A stretch of 64,000 nucleotides of DNA from Balanoglossus misakiensis. Lineage: Eukaryota; Animalia; Hemichordata. The DNA is taken from the NCBI GenBank assembly GCA_040954595.2, contig CM082583.2, forward strand, positions 12,314,987 through 12,378,986, written 5' to 3'. The notes under the pieces are model-generated. The model did not search any database. It was given only the letters and a program-made list of their open reading frames with translations, and was not told where the DNA came from. Shown in pieces: positions 25,360-40,300 of the stretch. The position numbers and the translations under genes were made by a program. The first letter of the stretch is position 1; each line of letters opens with the position of its first letter.

Positions 25360-27586
25360 GAATTTGGCAAATTCATGTAAATTTGCAGTGTACAATATAG
25401 AATGAACACACTTAAAGACAGAGCGACTTCCGGAAATAAAAAGACAAATCAGCTGTGTTTCAATACCAAAAAAAAACACAACATCAAGAATAAATAATAA
25501 ACTTTCACCAAAAATAATTGGGAAAAATATGAACTTCTGTAAATGTGATTGTCAAACACTTCCTCATTTCAATTTCCAACACTGAAGTTTCTTTTCCACA
25601 TCACGGAATGCAATCCGTGGCCGGCAATCAAACACAGCCAGTTATACAGTTAAAGCCAATTTGGCTGACACGAACTGATCAGATCTCAGACTCAGTCAGT
25701 CTTATTTCAGGGACTACTTGCGTGAAACTTTTGAGGGAATATTAATTGGTATGATGAGCTCTCAAAATTGAGTGCAGGGTTGTTGAGCATTTGTGTCGTA
25801 ACTTCCCGCGAGGAAAACAAAATCTTTTCGAAATACCTTTTTAACAGAGAGTTTCAGTTACTGGTTGATGGGCCCTGTAGGACAGCTTTTAATAGTTTCA
25901 TGTGCGTTTCTTGAATTATTATAATGTATACTTGGCCATGGCATGATAGCACACGGCCTTAGCACTCGACCCCTAATTCTCTGATTCTGAAGCTACCAGT
26001 ATACAGTGTACGCCCAGAAGTACCGTAGTACACTTTTCAGCTAAGGTTACCATGGAGATGAGGTAAGAAATACCACACAAACTGATTGGAAATCATTCAT
26101 ACATACATGAAACACAAATCAAAGACTAAAAAAAGACATTTTTTTCAATATTTAAGCAACATTTTCATAGATTTTCAAATATGTACTAGTCATTCTTGAT
26201 ATGTGCATAATTTGTAAGAATTTTTGATAAAATCTGTCGGCTAAAAATTTAGAACCTTAGAACTGTAATACACATTTGTTCTGTTGCTCATATTACTGCT
26301 ACAAATTCTCGACACGGTATTCGTATGTCTTTGATTTTTCCCTAGAAGCCATCTACATTTCACAGCACACATTATGAAAACCAATAAAAATTTTCACTAA
26401 AAAAATTGTGAAAAATTCTGTAAATACTTCCACACAATGTCCATTTGAATCCTGAAATAAAATTTGAAGAAAAAATAAGCTCTTTATAGTCAAAGTGGAG
26501 TCTGTGATTATTTACACTAAAACTAAAATTTGTACTCTGTTACCAAGTGTTGGTATCTACTGGGTAAAAGACAATTTTATTTAAGCGAAGTTTTTTTTTT
26601 CCGTAAAGCTGTGTCACTTTCCTTTTGACAACCAAACATTAAAAAGAGCAAACTGAATTCTGACTGGTCAAAACTCAGCTCTTATTTGCATTTGTCTAAC
26701 AGCGTCCATGATTGGTTTAATGCAAGTACCGTTCTTTCTTATTGGTCAACGATGGTTACTATTACAAACTGACACCTTCACAGCAATCTAAGAGAAGCAC
26801 CAGATTTTTTATGCTAAGCTTTGGGAATTGGTCAAATTTTGCAAGTAAATGTCCCCGATTGCTGCTTATTTATTTTACGAGACGCTGAATTTTGGGTGTG
26901 GGATGCACTGAAAACATCCCTTAGGAAGAGACAGTGGCATCTTCACTGAGACGATATCATGATTTATAATTCTCTGCCTACATTCACGATCGACCCTGAA
27001 CTTAAAACACTGAAAAAAATTTCAATTCACAATCTGAGATTCGTAAATCTATCTCAATAGAACCAGGGACAGGTTACATAAAGAACCCTTGGTCAAACTC
27101 AAAGTCAAAATTTGGAGACAACTCCGTTAGAAATCTGTAAAGAATCATGAGCTCAAAAGTATCTTTTGAACTCATAAAAAATCTTTTTATAAAATATACA
27201 ACACACGATAAATAGATAAAATCTTACATATACAACAACTAGCTCTATTTGTACAAGACAATTTCAAATGTCATGGATGGAAACAAGTAGGGGCTTAAGA
27301 AGCTTAAAAATCATTAGGATTAAAAGTTTTTAGAACAATTTAAAATTTAAATAATTTTTTCTATAAAAAAATCACTTGTCACTGATTTTGAAATTTATTG
27401 TGCTTTTTATACAGCTTGATTGGTTGATTATGATTGGTACAGACAGAGAGTAAATGGTTGTGCTGATATTAATGTAGAGAAGAAGATATTGTGAAGTGAT
27501 CTTTTCTAAATGTTTTACTCTGACATGGAAAGAGAAGACTTTGTTTGAAATCAAACTGACATAGCTGTGTGGAGTTCTGCAAGTGA

Positions 27587-27770
27587 AGCTGATGATGATG
27601 GTGGTGGAGGTGATGATGGTACTGATGATGATAATGCAGATGATGATGGTGATGATATTGATGGTGGTGATAGTGATGGTGGTGGTGGTGGTGATGATGA
27701 TGATGGTGATGATGAATGTTGTTAATGACAATGATGAAGATGATGATGCCACTTACAATGACATTGATGG
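27587..27770. repeat. Degenerate (GAT/GGT)n microsatellite
   Basis: Directly visible; it generates the spurious poly-His/Ile/Met ORFs. Confidence 0.92.
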
Positions 27771-28369
27771 TAGTCAATTTCAAAACAACAGAGCAAAGTT
27801 TAAGGCAGATTTATAATTGGTGCGTTTTGAGTGGAGTGGAATGGAATGGAATTGATGAAAGAATGGCTTATCTTTACAGAACTCTCACAGCTGGAAGATA
27901 TTCTTTCTCAGACGTTAGATACCATTATTAAACATGCATATCATTTTTTTCTTGACTGCTCTTAGCTTTCACAAAGAAAAAAAATAAAACACACAACAGT
28001 CAACACACACTCCAATTTGTTGCAAGTATTAAACAAGTATGTACAACAATGCAACATTATCATTCATCTGTACAGCTTCAAGATATTTTCCTTCATTTTT
28101 CACCGTGTATGGTGCGAAGGAAACTGGAAGCAAAGTAATACATTGTAAAGGGTTACGATGACTTCATCATCGTTTGAGGTCCATAAAAATTCTCAACAGA
28201 ATCCGTGAGGCAATTCCTACTAAAATCCAGTTCCAAGGAACTTGCCATATTGCAAACACGAGCAGCGATTGGCTCGAGAAGTCAATCCCACATGTTAGTC
28301 ACATGGCTGTCATGTGACTTCCTCTCCTGTCCAATGGGCAGTTACTGGCTGCTTGATGAGGAAACTGCT

Positions 28370-31300
28370 TTAGATGTGGTTGTAAGCTCTCAGTGAGCAG
28401 ACGATGACGTATGCAAACCACAGCAACAAAAGGAAGGCACTACATATGTATTTGAAGAATCTGGGTCCGCCGAGCTCACCGCCAATTACCTGATTTTACA
28501 AAAAAACAGATAAATGGTTGAGAATTGACATGAACAATTAGTGTAGTTCACATGTAAACATGGCGATTACCTTGATTCTTAAAGACATTAGTACGAAACA
28601 AGTGATATGCAGAGCTGAGTCACGGAAATCTTTCTAAGCAAGTTTCTTATATTGATTAAGTTTCCTCAACAGTCAGAATCAATGAGTGACTCATGGGACT
28701 ATGTCTAATTAAAAAATTCAAATGACATCATTTCATATTATTTCACATGGGGGCAGTCACTGGAAAAACAAAAGGCAAACGCCAACACTAGCATTGATGG
28801 CGCCCTTCACAACAGCTCATTCACTCACCTTCCTGCGAATTACAAGAAGCACCAGGCATCCACCGCCACATGCAGCAAACACTGTCACAGCCAGATCTAA
28901 GTTGGCCGTCGCGTAGCGCAGCGTTTCGTTTTTGGCATATTTGTACATTGCGTTAATCACCCAGGGAAGTCCTAATCCGAGGAACACATTCACACTGTTG
29001 CTTCCTGTGGTGCGAAATATCAATACAGAGACTAGTATTAAAACAAACTTTCTGCGTGATGATAAAAGTGACACATTTGAGAAAAAAATGACTTGGGAAT
29101 GATCACCTTTTACTTTTGTGAATCCTAATCTGTATTTTATAGCACTGCTGCTCTAAGTAAAAATAAATTCGGCTGTGGAAAAACAGTTTTATAATTATTT
29201 TTTTGTTTGTTCATCTGACCTGTTATATTGCCAATGGAAGCATCAGCATACTGGTCTTGCATGGCTGCAGTTCTGCTGGCAAATGTGTCTGGCAGACTGG
29301 TTCCCAGTGCCACAATTGTGATGCCAGTCACACTAGTCCTTATCCCAATCACGCAGCCCAAAAGATGACTCAACTGGAAACAAGAGGAAAAAAGATGTCT
29401 TTCAGAATTTAAAAAAATGAGTCTGCGATCACTTGGTAAATTTGATAGAGAACTAAATCGATTAGCCTGAAAGGTATGTTGCATGTGAGTACAGACGACA
29501 TATTCAGAAAGTTCTTGAGAATCATCAATAATGCAAAAGGGACAGAAAGACTGTTTTGCAAACAACAAAGGGCTCTAAACATCCTTTTGTTTAAAGTCTA
29601 TAGAATGTAATTACCACAGTCAATTGACATGGTCGATTTTGCTGGTATTGAATTAATCTTTGCAGAGACAGCAATATACCTCCTTTTGAAGTTTTCATTG
29701 AAAAAACCTGGGCACTTTTTGGAGGTTTTATTCAAAAGAATGAATACCGATATATATTTGTAAATATTTTTGTCCGGAACAAACCTTTTAGAAAGGAAAT
29801 GGACAACTTTCCGAAAGCAAGATATATTTCAAAGAAACCTTTTGATCAGAAATATGAAAGGACAACATGGTGGGAAAAGGTATGATTACGTCAGTACTTA
29901 ATAATTGTTCCCAAATTCCAATTCTATATTATTTGTTTTAAAACTCTGAGAGCAGTTATTGACAATTATAACAGCCAGTGAAGTATTGATCTAATTTGTG
30001 TTAATTGCTGAATAGCCCCAACGGTTGGCTCTAACGGCAACTCTGAAAAGTCGAAGATAATGACGTCTTTGTGATCTCGGGAACAATTATCCAAAGTGAT
30101 GAATAACTTCCTAAATGGCATTTTTTTTAAAGCGCACCGCTCTCTCAATTGGAATCTATTGATTTGCCAGCGGGTGAAATCAATCACGCAATCAACACGA
30201 AAACAAAAGCTACATTAGTGCAAGCCAGGGAATCTGTAACTGTGCATTCTCATACTCCATTTTCACACAAAGAATTCCATTATCTCCTTGAAATCTAATT
30301 GTGCAGACGTGTCAATTTCAATTGGCTCTTAGTGCATCAAGTGACAGTCACATTGACTGAGAAATCTGATCATGAAATTGACAATGCTTAAAGAGGAAAG
30401 CAGCTGTAACTTGGAGCTAATTTTTTTTCCTGTTAATTGTTCTGTGTGGCAACTGCATGGTTCCTTTTTGATTGATCATTGATTGGAATCTTACTCGGAC
30501 TGAGACGCAAAAACTGCATCTTCAGAAATTTGATCAGAAACACCCTCGCTTCACAGAATCAAGTCTGCATGTTTTCATACCTGTTCAATCAAAGCTGTCA
30601 GTGCAGCGATCATCATCAGAGAAAAGACAAACGTTGGCCATCCTCCCAGGGCTTTTCTGAAGAAGAAAATAAAAGAATTAATTGTGCATGTTGCTCTGTG
30701 GTATTTGAACAGACAAAATTGGTCAAATCTGTGGTCAGCTCAGGACACACTACAAGGTCATCGTAGATCACCACAGGTCAAATTTCAGGTCAGTGGCGGT
30801 CAAATCAGAGCAGTGCATGTATAGGTCATTGTACTTACTTTGGGGGAACAAATGCAAAAAGCACTTTCCAGAAAAATGTAATGAAATGTAAAACGTAGTC
30901 TACGTTAGAAGCTGGGATGTCATTCCCGTCTTCATCTTTATCCCCTCCAACTGTCATTGCACTGAAAAATAAAATCCAGCATAATCGTCAAAATTCATAT
31001 TCAAACATTAAAATTAATAGTTATCTTGTGACAAAATTATCTCATATTAAACACGGACTTCAACAGAAGCACATGATCCATCAAAATGACTTCCACCAAT
31101 GCTTCAATAAGATGAAATTCAAAATTTAGGTTTTAAATTTCATGCTTGGCTGATTGGGTTTCCGTTTCAATGACTAGTGAAGTGTGCATGCGTTGGTTGG
31201 TGAGTGAGTTTTAGCAATTTAAATATCAAAGACTCTACTTAGGTATTAAGGGAATATGTATCTTCAAGCACTGACTGGTGGGGATTATGGCTAGGATTCA

Positions 31301-34300
31301 GGAAGTTGCATTGGATACGTAATTTGATGAGCAAGGGCTGCCACAAAAGCCTGCCTCGTTCAAAACGTCACACTTACTTTCTAAACTGGTCTCCCCATGT
31401 TTCATCTTCCTCCTCATCATCACCAATGATATTAGCAATTCTATCTTGCACATTGTCTGAAAAAAGTGAGTAAGGAAAACTGGTTTCATAATCTTCCACT
31501 CTTGTTTCATTCACTGCTACAATTACTTTTTGCGGAACCTTTTCAGTTTTGTACAAAACCAACACAACTGTATGAAATCTTGGGGGAAAACACTAAACAC
31601 CCACACAGACTGAAGTGTGATGCTAAAGCGTGCATGAGATAATTTTTATGACATCTCCCTCTTTTGACAGATGGAAACAAAGACGTTTTAATCTGTAAAA
31701 TGTCAATGAATAAGGCAACGCTAGTCCCTCTTGACCTAAATAAATTTTAAAATCCATAATTTAATGGCTACAGAAGCAGATCAAATCCAATTTTGCCATC
31801 TCCGTAAACACAGAAAAAGTGGAGCCATCTGCTGACAAAATTAACGATGTTCCACATCAGTGATCCCGTTGGCATGGCGGCCAATATTGCTTCCATGGCA
31901 ACAACTCACCTCCTCCGATATTCGCCACACAGGCACTGTGCTCGCCGATCTTAGCACCTATGCTGGGGTTGCGCAGGGTGATTACAAAATTTTTCAATTT
32001 CTACAAGAAAATCATGCGATAAATAAAAAAGGAAAGTTTGGTCAATAAATTAAAGGAATATTAATATATGAATGACAACTTTCAATATCAGGGAATTTTT
32101 TTTTTAAATTTCAAGAAAAAATTTAAAGATTGTGAGGAAAATACCTTGCAATTTTTGTTGACATTCACAGTGATCTGTTTGGACATTTCTCGGTGTTTGA
32201 AACACAATGTTCCTGAACTGTTTGTGTAGTCAGCCTCCTCATTTCCATCTTCACCTCCCTTGGCTGATCCATCACTGGATTATGGATTAGAATAAAGGGA
32301 TTATCATTTCACTAATCCGCACCTTAAATACACGTTCAGTAAAAGTGCTTATTCATTCCCTTGATAATACATTATTGGATTAGAGTAAAGGGATTATCCA
32401 ATCATCATCAAATTTCACCAGGTGGAAAAGAAAGTTTCAACATGACTCACATAGTTGTGTATTGGATGGTCACGTTTCCATCAGAGCCTTGGGATCGCAC
32501 AATGGTGGCAGTTAACATCCCTTTGGGTAGGTCGGCATGGTAACTGGGTTCACCGAAGGAAAATTCTCCCGGTACTGAAGAGGTAAAAAGTTTGAGATGA
32601 CATTTATACTTTTAAAATGTTAATCACAGGTGTGACGAGTATCTGTTACAAACCCGAATGGTTACAGCCTGAAACACAATACTGCGGACATGAGTATCCA
32701 AGATTTACTGCCAATGTTCAACTAACTCATTCACTTTACAGCTATGAGTTTTGTTGCGATGAAACTCTGGTCTCAGACAATCATTCTGACTTACCATCAT
32801 CGTCAATGATGGTGACTCGACACACGCTTGGGTCCCCTAACCCACCATCACCACCTGGGTTCTTCAAAATGACGTAGAAGTCCATATCGCTCTCGTATTG
32901 GTTGTCGTTGACGATGGGAATGGAAACTGTCTTTTTCCACTCTGTGTCTTTGAATATCTGTGGAGCAAAAAAAAGAAAACATATTTTGTAGTTAGTTAGA
33001 ATGTATGTTTGATTTAAGTTACATGTATTTTTAAGTTAGTTATAAGAATGGCATTTATAATTGTTTGAGTATTTATTCATTTTTCCTGTGTAAACACATT
33101 TCCTTTGATTGTGTACCTTTCTATCCACGCTAAGTCGACAGAAATTAATTTGGACTTACCAGTTTTCCCCGAGTAAACTTATATTCTGTATCTCTCTTTG
33201 CCGACCCGTCTCTCGTTTCGTAATCTACAGTGACAACGCCAGTGATCATGTCCTCGTCAACTGGCGGCTCGTCAAGCAGTTCCAGGTTCCCATTTTGCTG
33301 TGAAAGAGAAACAACATTTTTTCACTGATGTACTCGCCAAATACGGAGAGACACGGAAGTCAATCAGAACACTGACCCCTCTCGTGTGACCTTCACATTT
33401 TGCCGACTCCGACATAACTATCGTTTCGCATCATCGTGCCACGCAACAAATATTCTACTGGAATGATTGACGACCGTGGGCCCCAGCCTCTGACATCCTG
33501 TCCCTCTAAGCTTTGTGTCGCGACGTATGCTCAGAGATGAATCCATATGTTTGTAATATTATTGAGCATGCCTAAATTTTTACAAAACGGTAAATACACA
33601 AATCAGCAACTGTCACTAAGATTGATTCACTTGTGGTGTCTGATATATCTCTTCATAACATCAGGGAAATTAGCATTTATCTGTGTATTATCTGTATCTG
33701 CGACTGATTTTATTTTCAATAACCTAACCTGGGGCACAATCTGATACCATGGAATCATATTTGACACAACTCGGTGATTTTTCTTTTGACCTGGTATGAT
33801 TGATGGTTGACAAATATTGATGCAAATTTCATAGAATGTCTACAGGCAATAAACATGATAATTGTTATATGCATGCGTGATGAGAAAAAGTGGAAATCAC
33901 ATGATTGGTGTAGATTGAGTTCACTAAAAAAAAATCATTGTGACATGCGGGTTTGATAGCAATTAAAACATAATACACCCGGTTCAGTTTTTAATTAAAA
34001 ACTATAAAAAATCACGTTTTTATAAATGAGATCCCTCCAGCGATGCAACTGAATGACTACTATTCATTCACATGTCATATATATGTCGTTTATTTTTAAG
34101 TGACCTTTAATTTTTATAGTTTTTCTCACTACTGGGAGATCACGGCGACTGTCAGTTGATAAAATTTGTTCATATCTGGCGAGCGTATTGATTTAAATAT
34201 TGATGAGATGGTCCACTATTGTGCAGAAGTAACACTGCCTTTGAATTTGATATCTGATTTGTGGATGTATTCTTTCCAGGTGTAAGTGATACTGTGTCAG

Positions 34301-37300
34301 GTAATTGATTAAGCAATAAAACACCCCCAGCCATGGTATATCACGAGATTTTGACCAGTTCACGACATATACGCACGAGCGATAGCGAGTGCGTATATGG
34401 AGTTGAACTGGTCAAAATCGAGTGGTATACCATGGCTGGGGGTGTTTTATTGCTATTATATTATGCCAGTATATTGAAACTTTGCATAAAACATTTTAAA
34501 AAGGCATTTTCTTTGACTATGATATATGACTGTGGTATATGGCTAATATATCACGGTCACGTGTCATGTCTCGACCAATCAAATAGCGTGATTTACACCA
34601 TCAATATGCTGGTATAATATAATATGTCATAGCCAATTCCATAAACTCAAACATTCAACCATTTCATCAGCACTATTGTCCTCATGCTAGACAAATATAA
34701 ACGATGCAAACATCAACAGAAAGTTGTTTACAAGCTTCCTCTGTGTGTTCCAGGGTTGATGTACTGCCCCCAAGAGTTCAAAACATGTCTATATTTCACA
34801 GATGAATTCACCCGAGGCGATACGGATACAGCAGGGATTTGTCCGGGCTCTGCATATCATCGCGGCAAATCAAGTGATCTTTGTTGGCTTGACATAGATA
34901 AGGAATATATACACAGAAGCAGTCTTGCTCAGATAAAGCAAAGTCACAATTGTACATATTGAATAACTCTGCCAGTGTGTCAATCATGCACATAACAATC
35001 TATTCTCACAAAAAGTCACGATTCAAACTTTCCCTTTTTTTGTTTCAGTAACATTGCAGATGACTTCAAAGTACAAGTTGACCTTCAGAAATGCTGTATG
35101 CTTTATAACGAACTCTGCAGCCAATAGTCATGAAGACTTCGTGTTCAAAACTTAAAATGCTTGCTTTTGTCACCGTTTTCTGAACAGAACAAAACATAAT
35201 ACCACAGAGAGTTTCAAACCACTAGATGTGACAACATTTAATGTAGTTAGTTTTCTTTAAATTTTTGAATCTGCTAACAACATCCTCTGAGAATAACATC
35301 GTGACCATGATGAGCTATTTTTGAATACGATTATTTTAGCCTTTTTTCCTGAAACCAAGAAAGGTCAACAATTATCTAACATTTCAGTTTTAAATCCAAA
35401 TCAAATGTCAAGATTTTCTATTTTCCAAATGAATTCATACTGAAAATTGAACGAACTAAAACGAAATCTATCTTTTTTTGTAAGAAAATTTGGTCAAATT
35501 TGGTCCCTAAGCATCAACAGGTTGGCAGCCATTTTGAATTAATTTCCATAATTCGGGTCTCTGATCCAAAACTCAAGTGCTCCGAATTGCAAGTTTGCAA
35601 TTTGAATGAGAACAGTGGAAGGGGCACTCTCAATACAGCAACAACGAAAGCTGAAGTTTATTTGTGTACAACCTTAATAATTAATCTTTTTAAAGCATAA
35701 TTGCGACTGTAATGGATCAGGAATAATTCAATCCATTTGTAAAGTGCTATGAACCGAGAATTCAGAAGGGACTTGCATTGGGCAAAACATTCGCCCTGAC
35801 AATGAAAAATGACCGGCCAAGGTGGAAAACATGCGCCATCAATTACAAGACACATTGCACAATGTATTTGATAACTGAGCTAAACAACTCCCATTCGTTT
35901 GCAAATTTTTCATCTATCATAGCGCAAAACAAACTCCCCTGTTTCATGCAGTAAACAGACGCAAATAAGAAAGCATAATTTATAGCCACTGGATCAGATG
36001 CCGACTTGATCGTAATCCCGTATTGGGGCACTCAGAGGGAGAATTAATGAAATGTATGGCTTTGTAATTTTCAGAGTAGGCATGCGTAAGATGATATATG
36101 CTGGCATTTGTTATATTTAGTTCAATATATAATTAGTTTATGATTTGATTGCATATTGCACACTACTGGGTCTGTCAGAGTTGACTTTGATCAATTAAGA
36201 TTATGACACAAGTTCATTTTCAATATTTTTTTCTTTCTTTCTTTCATTTTACGTATTGCCATCTTCCTGGGTTTGTCCCAGGAGATATGCCAGTGCATAG
36301 TCTTGGAGGAGCTGTTCTAATTACTATTATTGTCATTAAATAATACAGCATTAAGCAACAATTTGGTGACTTACCACATCAGAAACTCTTAGCTTTGATT
36401 TTGACCTGCAAGATAAAAAGATGGAATAAAACTTGTCATTTATCAGAATATCTGAACTATTTTACTTCCACGCAAAAATGAAGGCTGTGCTGTTTTTTGA
36501 AGCCTTTCAATTGTAAGCTCAGAAATGTGCCAAACATGGCCAGAATTATGCTGCACTCATTAGAGACCCAGTTTCAAAACCCAATTTCTCGGTAAATGTG
36601 ATGTGAAAGAACAATTTTTATACAATACGGGCGGATGCTATAAATAGCTAGGTAGATTTAATCTGCTCCACTTTCTATGGCAAGAGAACAACTTCCCGCC
36701 ATTAGCATCACCATTTCATCTTTTGGCTTCGGAGCGGAAACAAAAATGAGACCTTTTCACTCCACTATTAACTGTGCTCATCAATGGAATTTTGTTTTTG
36801 CAAAACTTGCTTAGAATGGGAATTAGGGTCGGTGTGGCCTTTTGAAGAAACAAACAAACACATCGATAGGTAGCTGCAATCCAATTAAAAAGAACCAAAA
36901 TATATGAATTACCGGTACGATACAGAGTAAAACCTTTATTCCTCATTCTGACCTCTGTTCTGATGTCAAACTTTTCCACTCACAATGAGTTTTTCTCTCC
37001 CAGTCATTCAGAAAGACCCGTTTCAGCAAAATCATAAATATAATTTGATACCACAATAAGTAGCTCCTTAGTTAACCACTCAAAAAAAAATCACGGATTT
37101 TTTCAATCTACATCGATCGTTTTCTGAGCAGACCGTAAAATGTGATTGATTGTGAAAGTGAAATTCGATGAGCAGCTCTGACGCTTGATCACTGTTCTAG
37201 CAAACACTTTAATGCACAATGATAAATGGGTTTCAGAATGAACACAGATTTTGAATTTGTTTTGTGTTATATTCAATTTTTTTGGTATTATGTGGTAGAA

Positions 37301-40300
37301 GATGGATAACACTTGAGTTCAATGACACAGTTTGACTTACATACAATGAAACTGGGATAATAAGTTTGAGTTACGACCAGGGAGTTACGAACAGTTCTAT
37401 ATAGTTTAATTTATGTCATATGAGATAAAATTCTAGAAAATCTTTGTTTAAAATGATCGCTCGAAGATGGGGGGACAACATTTTAAATTGAAAGGTCATT
37501 TGGAAAAACCTAGCTGTGTAACTCCAATTACTTTTGGAGGCATAAACTGAAATTGTCTGGGACTACATTTCTGTCAATTCTTGAGACCTTTCACTGCCAT
37601 CCAATCAACCTTAACCGCTGGCAGTTGTTCAATGTGGTAATGAAGGTGTTGCAACTTTCATTACTCCACTGGCCATCTCATCTAACACGGAAAATTAACA
37701 GGCGATGGAAGACATTGTAGGGCTTGATTTCAATTTTGATACACTGCCGTTTACAATGGGGAATACAGGGGAGCATGCAAAATACCTGACGTTAAAGGAT
37801 GTGAAAGAAATCAGATTGTGGACTTAATTCACTCAAGTCTGCACTAAACAGGAAAAACGTTCAAACACTTAAAATATAGTACATTAATTGAACAGATGTT
37901 TGTTGCCAAAGACAAGTACAAGTGCTGCCTTGGTTCAAGATTTAATTTTTTCATTTTGATGTGCAAATTTTTCACTACTTGTAATCTGATTATCACTACG
38001 TGACCTACAATCACCAAGTATGAAATATACTCTGTTTTCACAGTTCAACCGTACTATCTGATGGAAAATGAGGAAATCTGATTTTGTACGTGATATGCAA
38101 AAAAAATTAGGCCATCACCATCCAACAGAATATGAGAAAATAACATTAGTCCCATCGCTCTGTAGAAAAGGAAATTAAAAGTCATGCACGTCATCAAGTC
38201 CAGGAAAAAAAGTCTGGTTCTTTATGAATTTAGATTGTAGGCTGATTATATATGCGCTGTTCGTGAACATTGTTGTGATCAATTTTAATTCTGCAAAAAA
38301 GTGCAGTGATATATATATGCAAACAGTCAGATCAGTAGTAATGGTCTTTTGATGTCTACATCAAATTACTCGTGTCCGAGTAGAAGAGGATATTATCCAA
38401 TTGATAATGTTTGCATGGATAAAAAAGTACAGGCAACTCGTACGCTATTTCATATTGCCTGTCTGCAGACAACTACCGGTAGCTGGAATACAGCCTTTAT
38501 AGAAAACCTCATGATTTTTATGGTATGTTGTTTGCTGTTAATTCATACACCGGCCCAAAGATATAATGTGATCTACTATGGCAGCCACAGTAAACAAGAA
38601 GTAAAGTTTTAGGTGAATCGAAACTGGCATGGCAGTTGGGAGATATTGACACCGTGAGAGTCAATATCTGATCAGTGTGTACTTGTGGTGACAACAATCG
38701 CCTCGTTGAGGAATTGTGATCACCTCGCGGTATATCGATCTCTGTCAAATCCCTTAGATCAGTCGAACTTACACATGGCTATAACAACTCGGTCTACGCG
38801 ATTGCTAACATCTTAATTAAAACCGACTCTGACACGAGCACACCAATGTAATTTCATAGCGTCAGTCGGGATGGGAAGTCAAGAGACCGACACTGAGAAA
38901 AGCTGTTTCGTCATCGCGTCTGATGTCTGGGTGGCGCGAACGAGATTGGATACACGGCCTGAATCAAGACAATCATCCCACGGAAGAGTTCAGCAAATTA
39001 CCCCAAAAATAGAGAAAGGCAGACCGGCGCTCAAAGTGTGAATCAACACACAGACAAACGGATTTGCGTGGAGCTTATGGCAAGCTGACATCCATTTTCA
39101 TTTTTATTGATCTCGCTCTCCGTTTTGAAGAGCAGACTCAATTAGGACACAGTGAAACTGATACAATGTTTTCACGCAGGATTTAGTCGCCAGAATATTA
39201 AAGAAATATGAGAAAATTATCAAAAGGGACATCAAGTGTGTATTGTCGCGCCGGATAATAACAGCATACACATTATTGATGAATATCAAAACTTCAGATT
39301 TATTGAATGCCATCTCAGCATTATGTTTGCAAACAAATAACACAGGCCTCAATTTTTCATATTCCTCCTCGATACTCTAATGGTAATGAACACTTAATTG
39401 CAGTTTTGTACTCGCTGGACGTTCTGCATCGATCAAAATGAGACGCACTGTCTGCTCCGAAAAAGATTAAATTGATTCCATTAATAATAATTGTAAAGAA
39501 TACGTTGCCTGCGTAGTTTGGAAATAAAATGAAAAAGAAAATTCCATCGCTAATAACTGGAGGAGAGAAAACTGCGGCTGTTACTAGGAGACAAGGCACG
39601 AGTGGTAAGTTTGTGATGATGATTATGGCCCCGGGCAATAATTGAATGAAATTCATCAGCTGTTGAGAGTAATATTGAAGTCCTGCTCCAACAATTGAAG
39701 TCACAACGGAGTTATGAGTGTGCTTTTCGAGAGAGACATCGAGAGATCTTCACTAAACATTGACGCCTACCCACGTATGTTTCTCTTCAAATTGAATTTC
39801 GGGAGTGGCAGCAAGAGTGGTAATTACACTCATAAATATTAACTCTTCGTGGAAAAGTACAAAGAGGATCGAGCTTGACTCCTGTGGAAAACACAAGTGG
39901 CCACGTGATCAGTGAAGAGAACACCATGACTCCCTATTTACATTTTTCTGCATTTTTTTTATTTCAATCATGAATTATAAATTTGCACTTTCATTAATAT
40001 GAACGCGCCCTAGAAAACAGTGACCAAAGCGTGACAGGCCTGATGAAATGACAATACAAGCAGGTGGGTGATTCTCGATAATTGCTATTTTAAATTTGCT
40101 ATTGATTAATTTTCATATTTTATAAATAAGTCATCGATCATCATAGAAACAACCAACTTTCCCCTCGTTACAGAAAACATAGTAATTAGACACTGTTGAT
40201 GTGAATTCCTTGATGCGATTTTTGATTGACATCTTATGTCGACCGAAATTACAATTATGGCAAAGAATGCCTGTGCTGTCTCGTAGACGTCATATTTGAC

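Noticed and set aside
27372-27931. Poly-His and related ORFs
   Set aside because: Microsatellite artefacts in the probable NCX 3' UTR.
32276-32405. Roughly 25-bp duplicated segment TGGATTAGA(A/G)TAAAGGGATTATC
   Set aside because: A local intronic micro-duplication with no box motifs or structure.
38641-38669. 10-bp perfect hairpin AGATATTGAC/GTCAATATCT (similar ones at 37637-37664 and 12026-12059)
   Set aside because: Isolated and too short for a pre-miRNA; a few are expected by chance in 64 kb.
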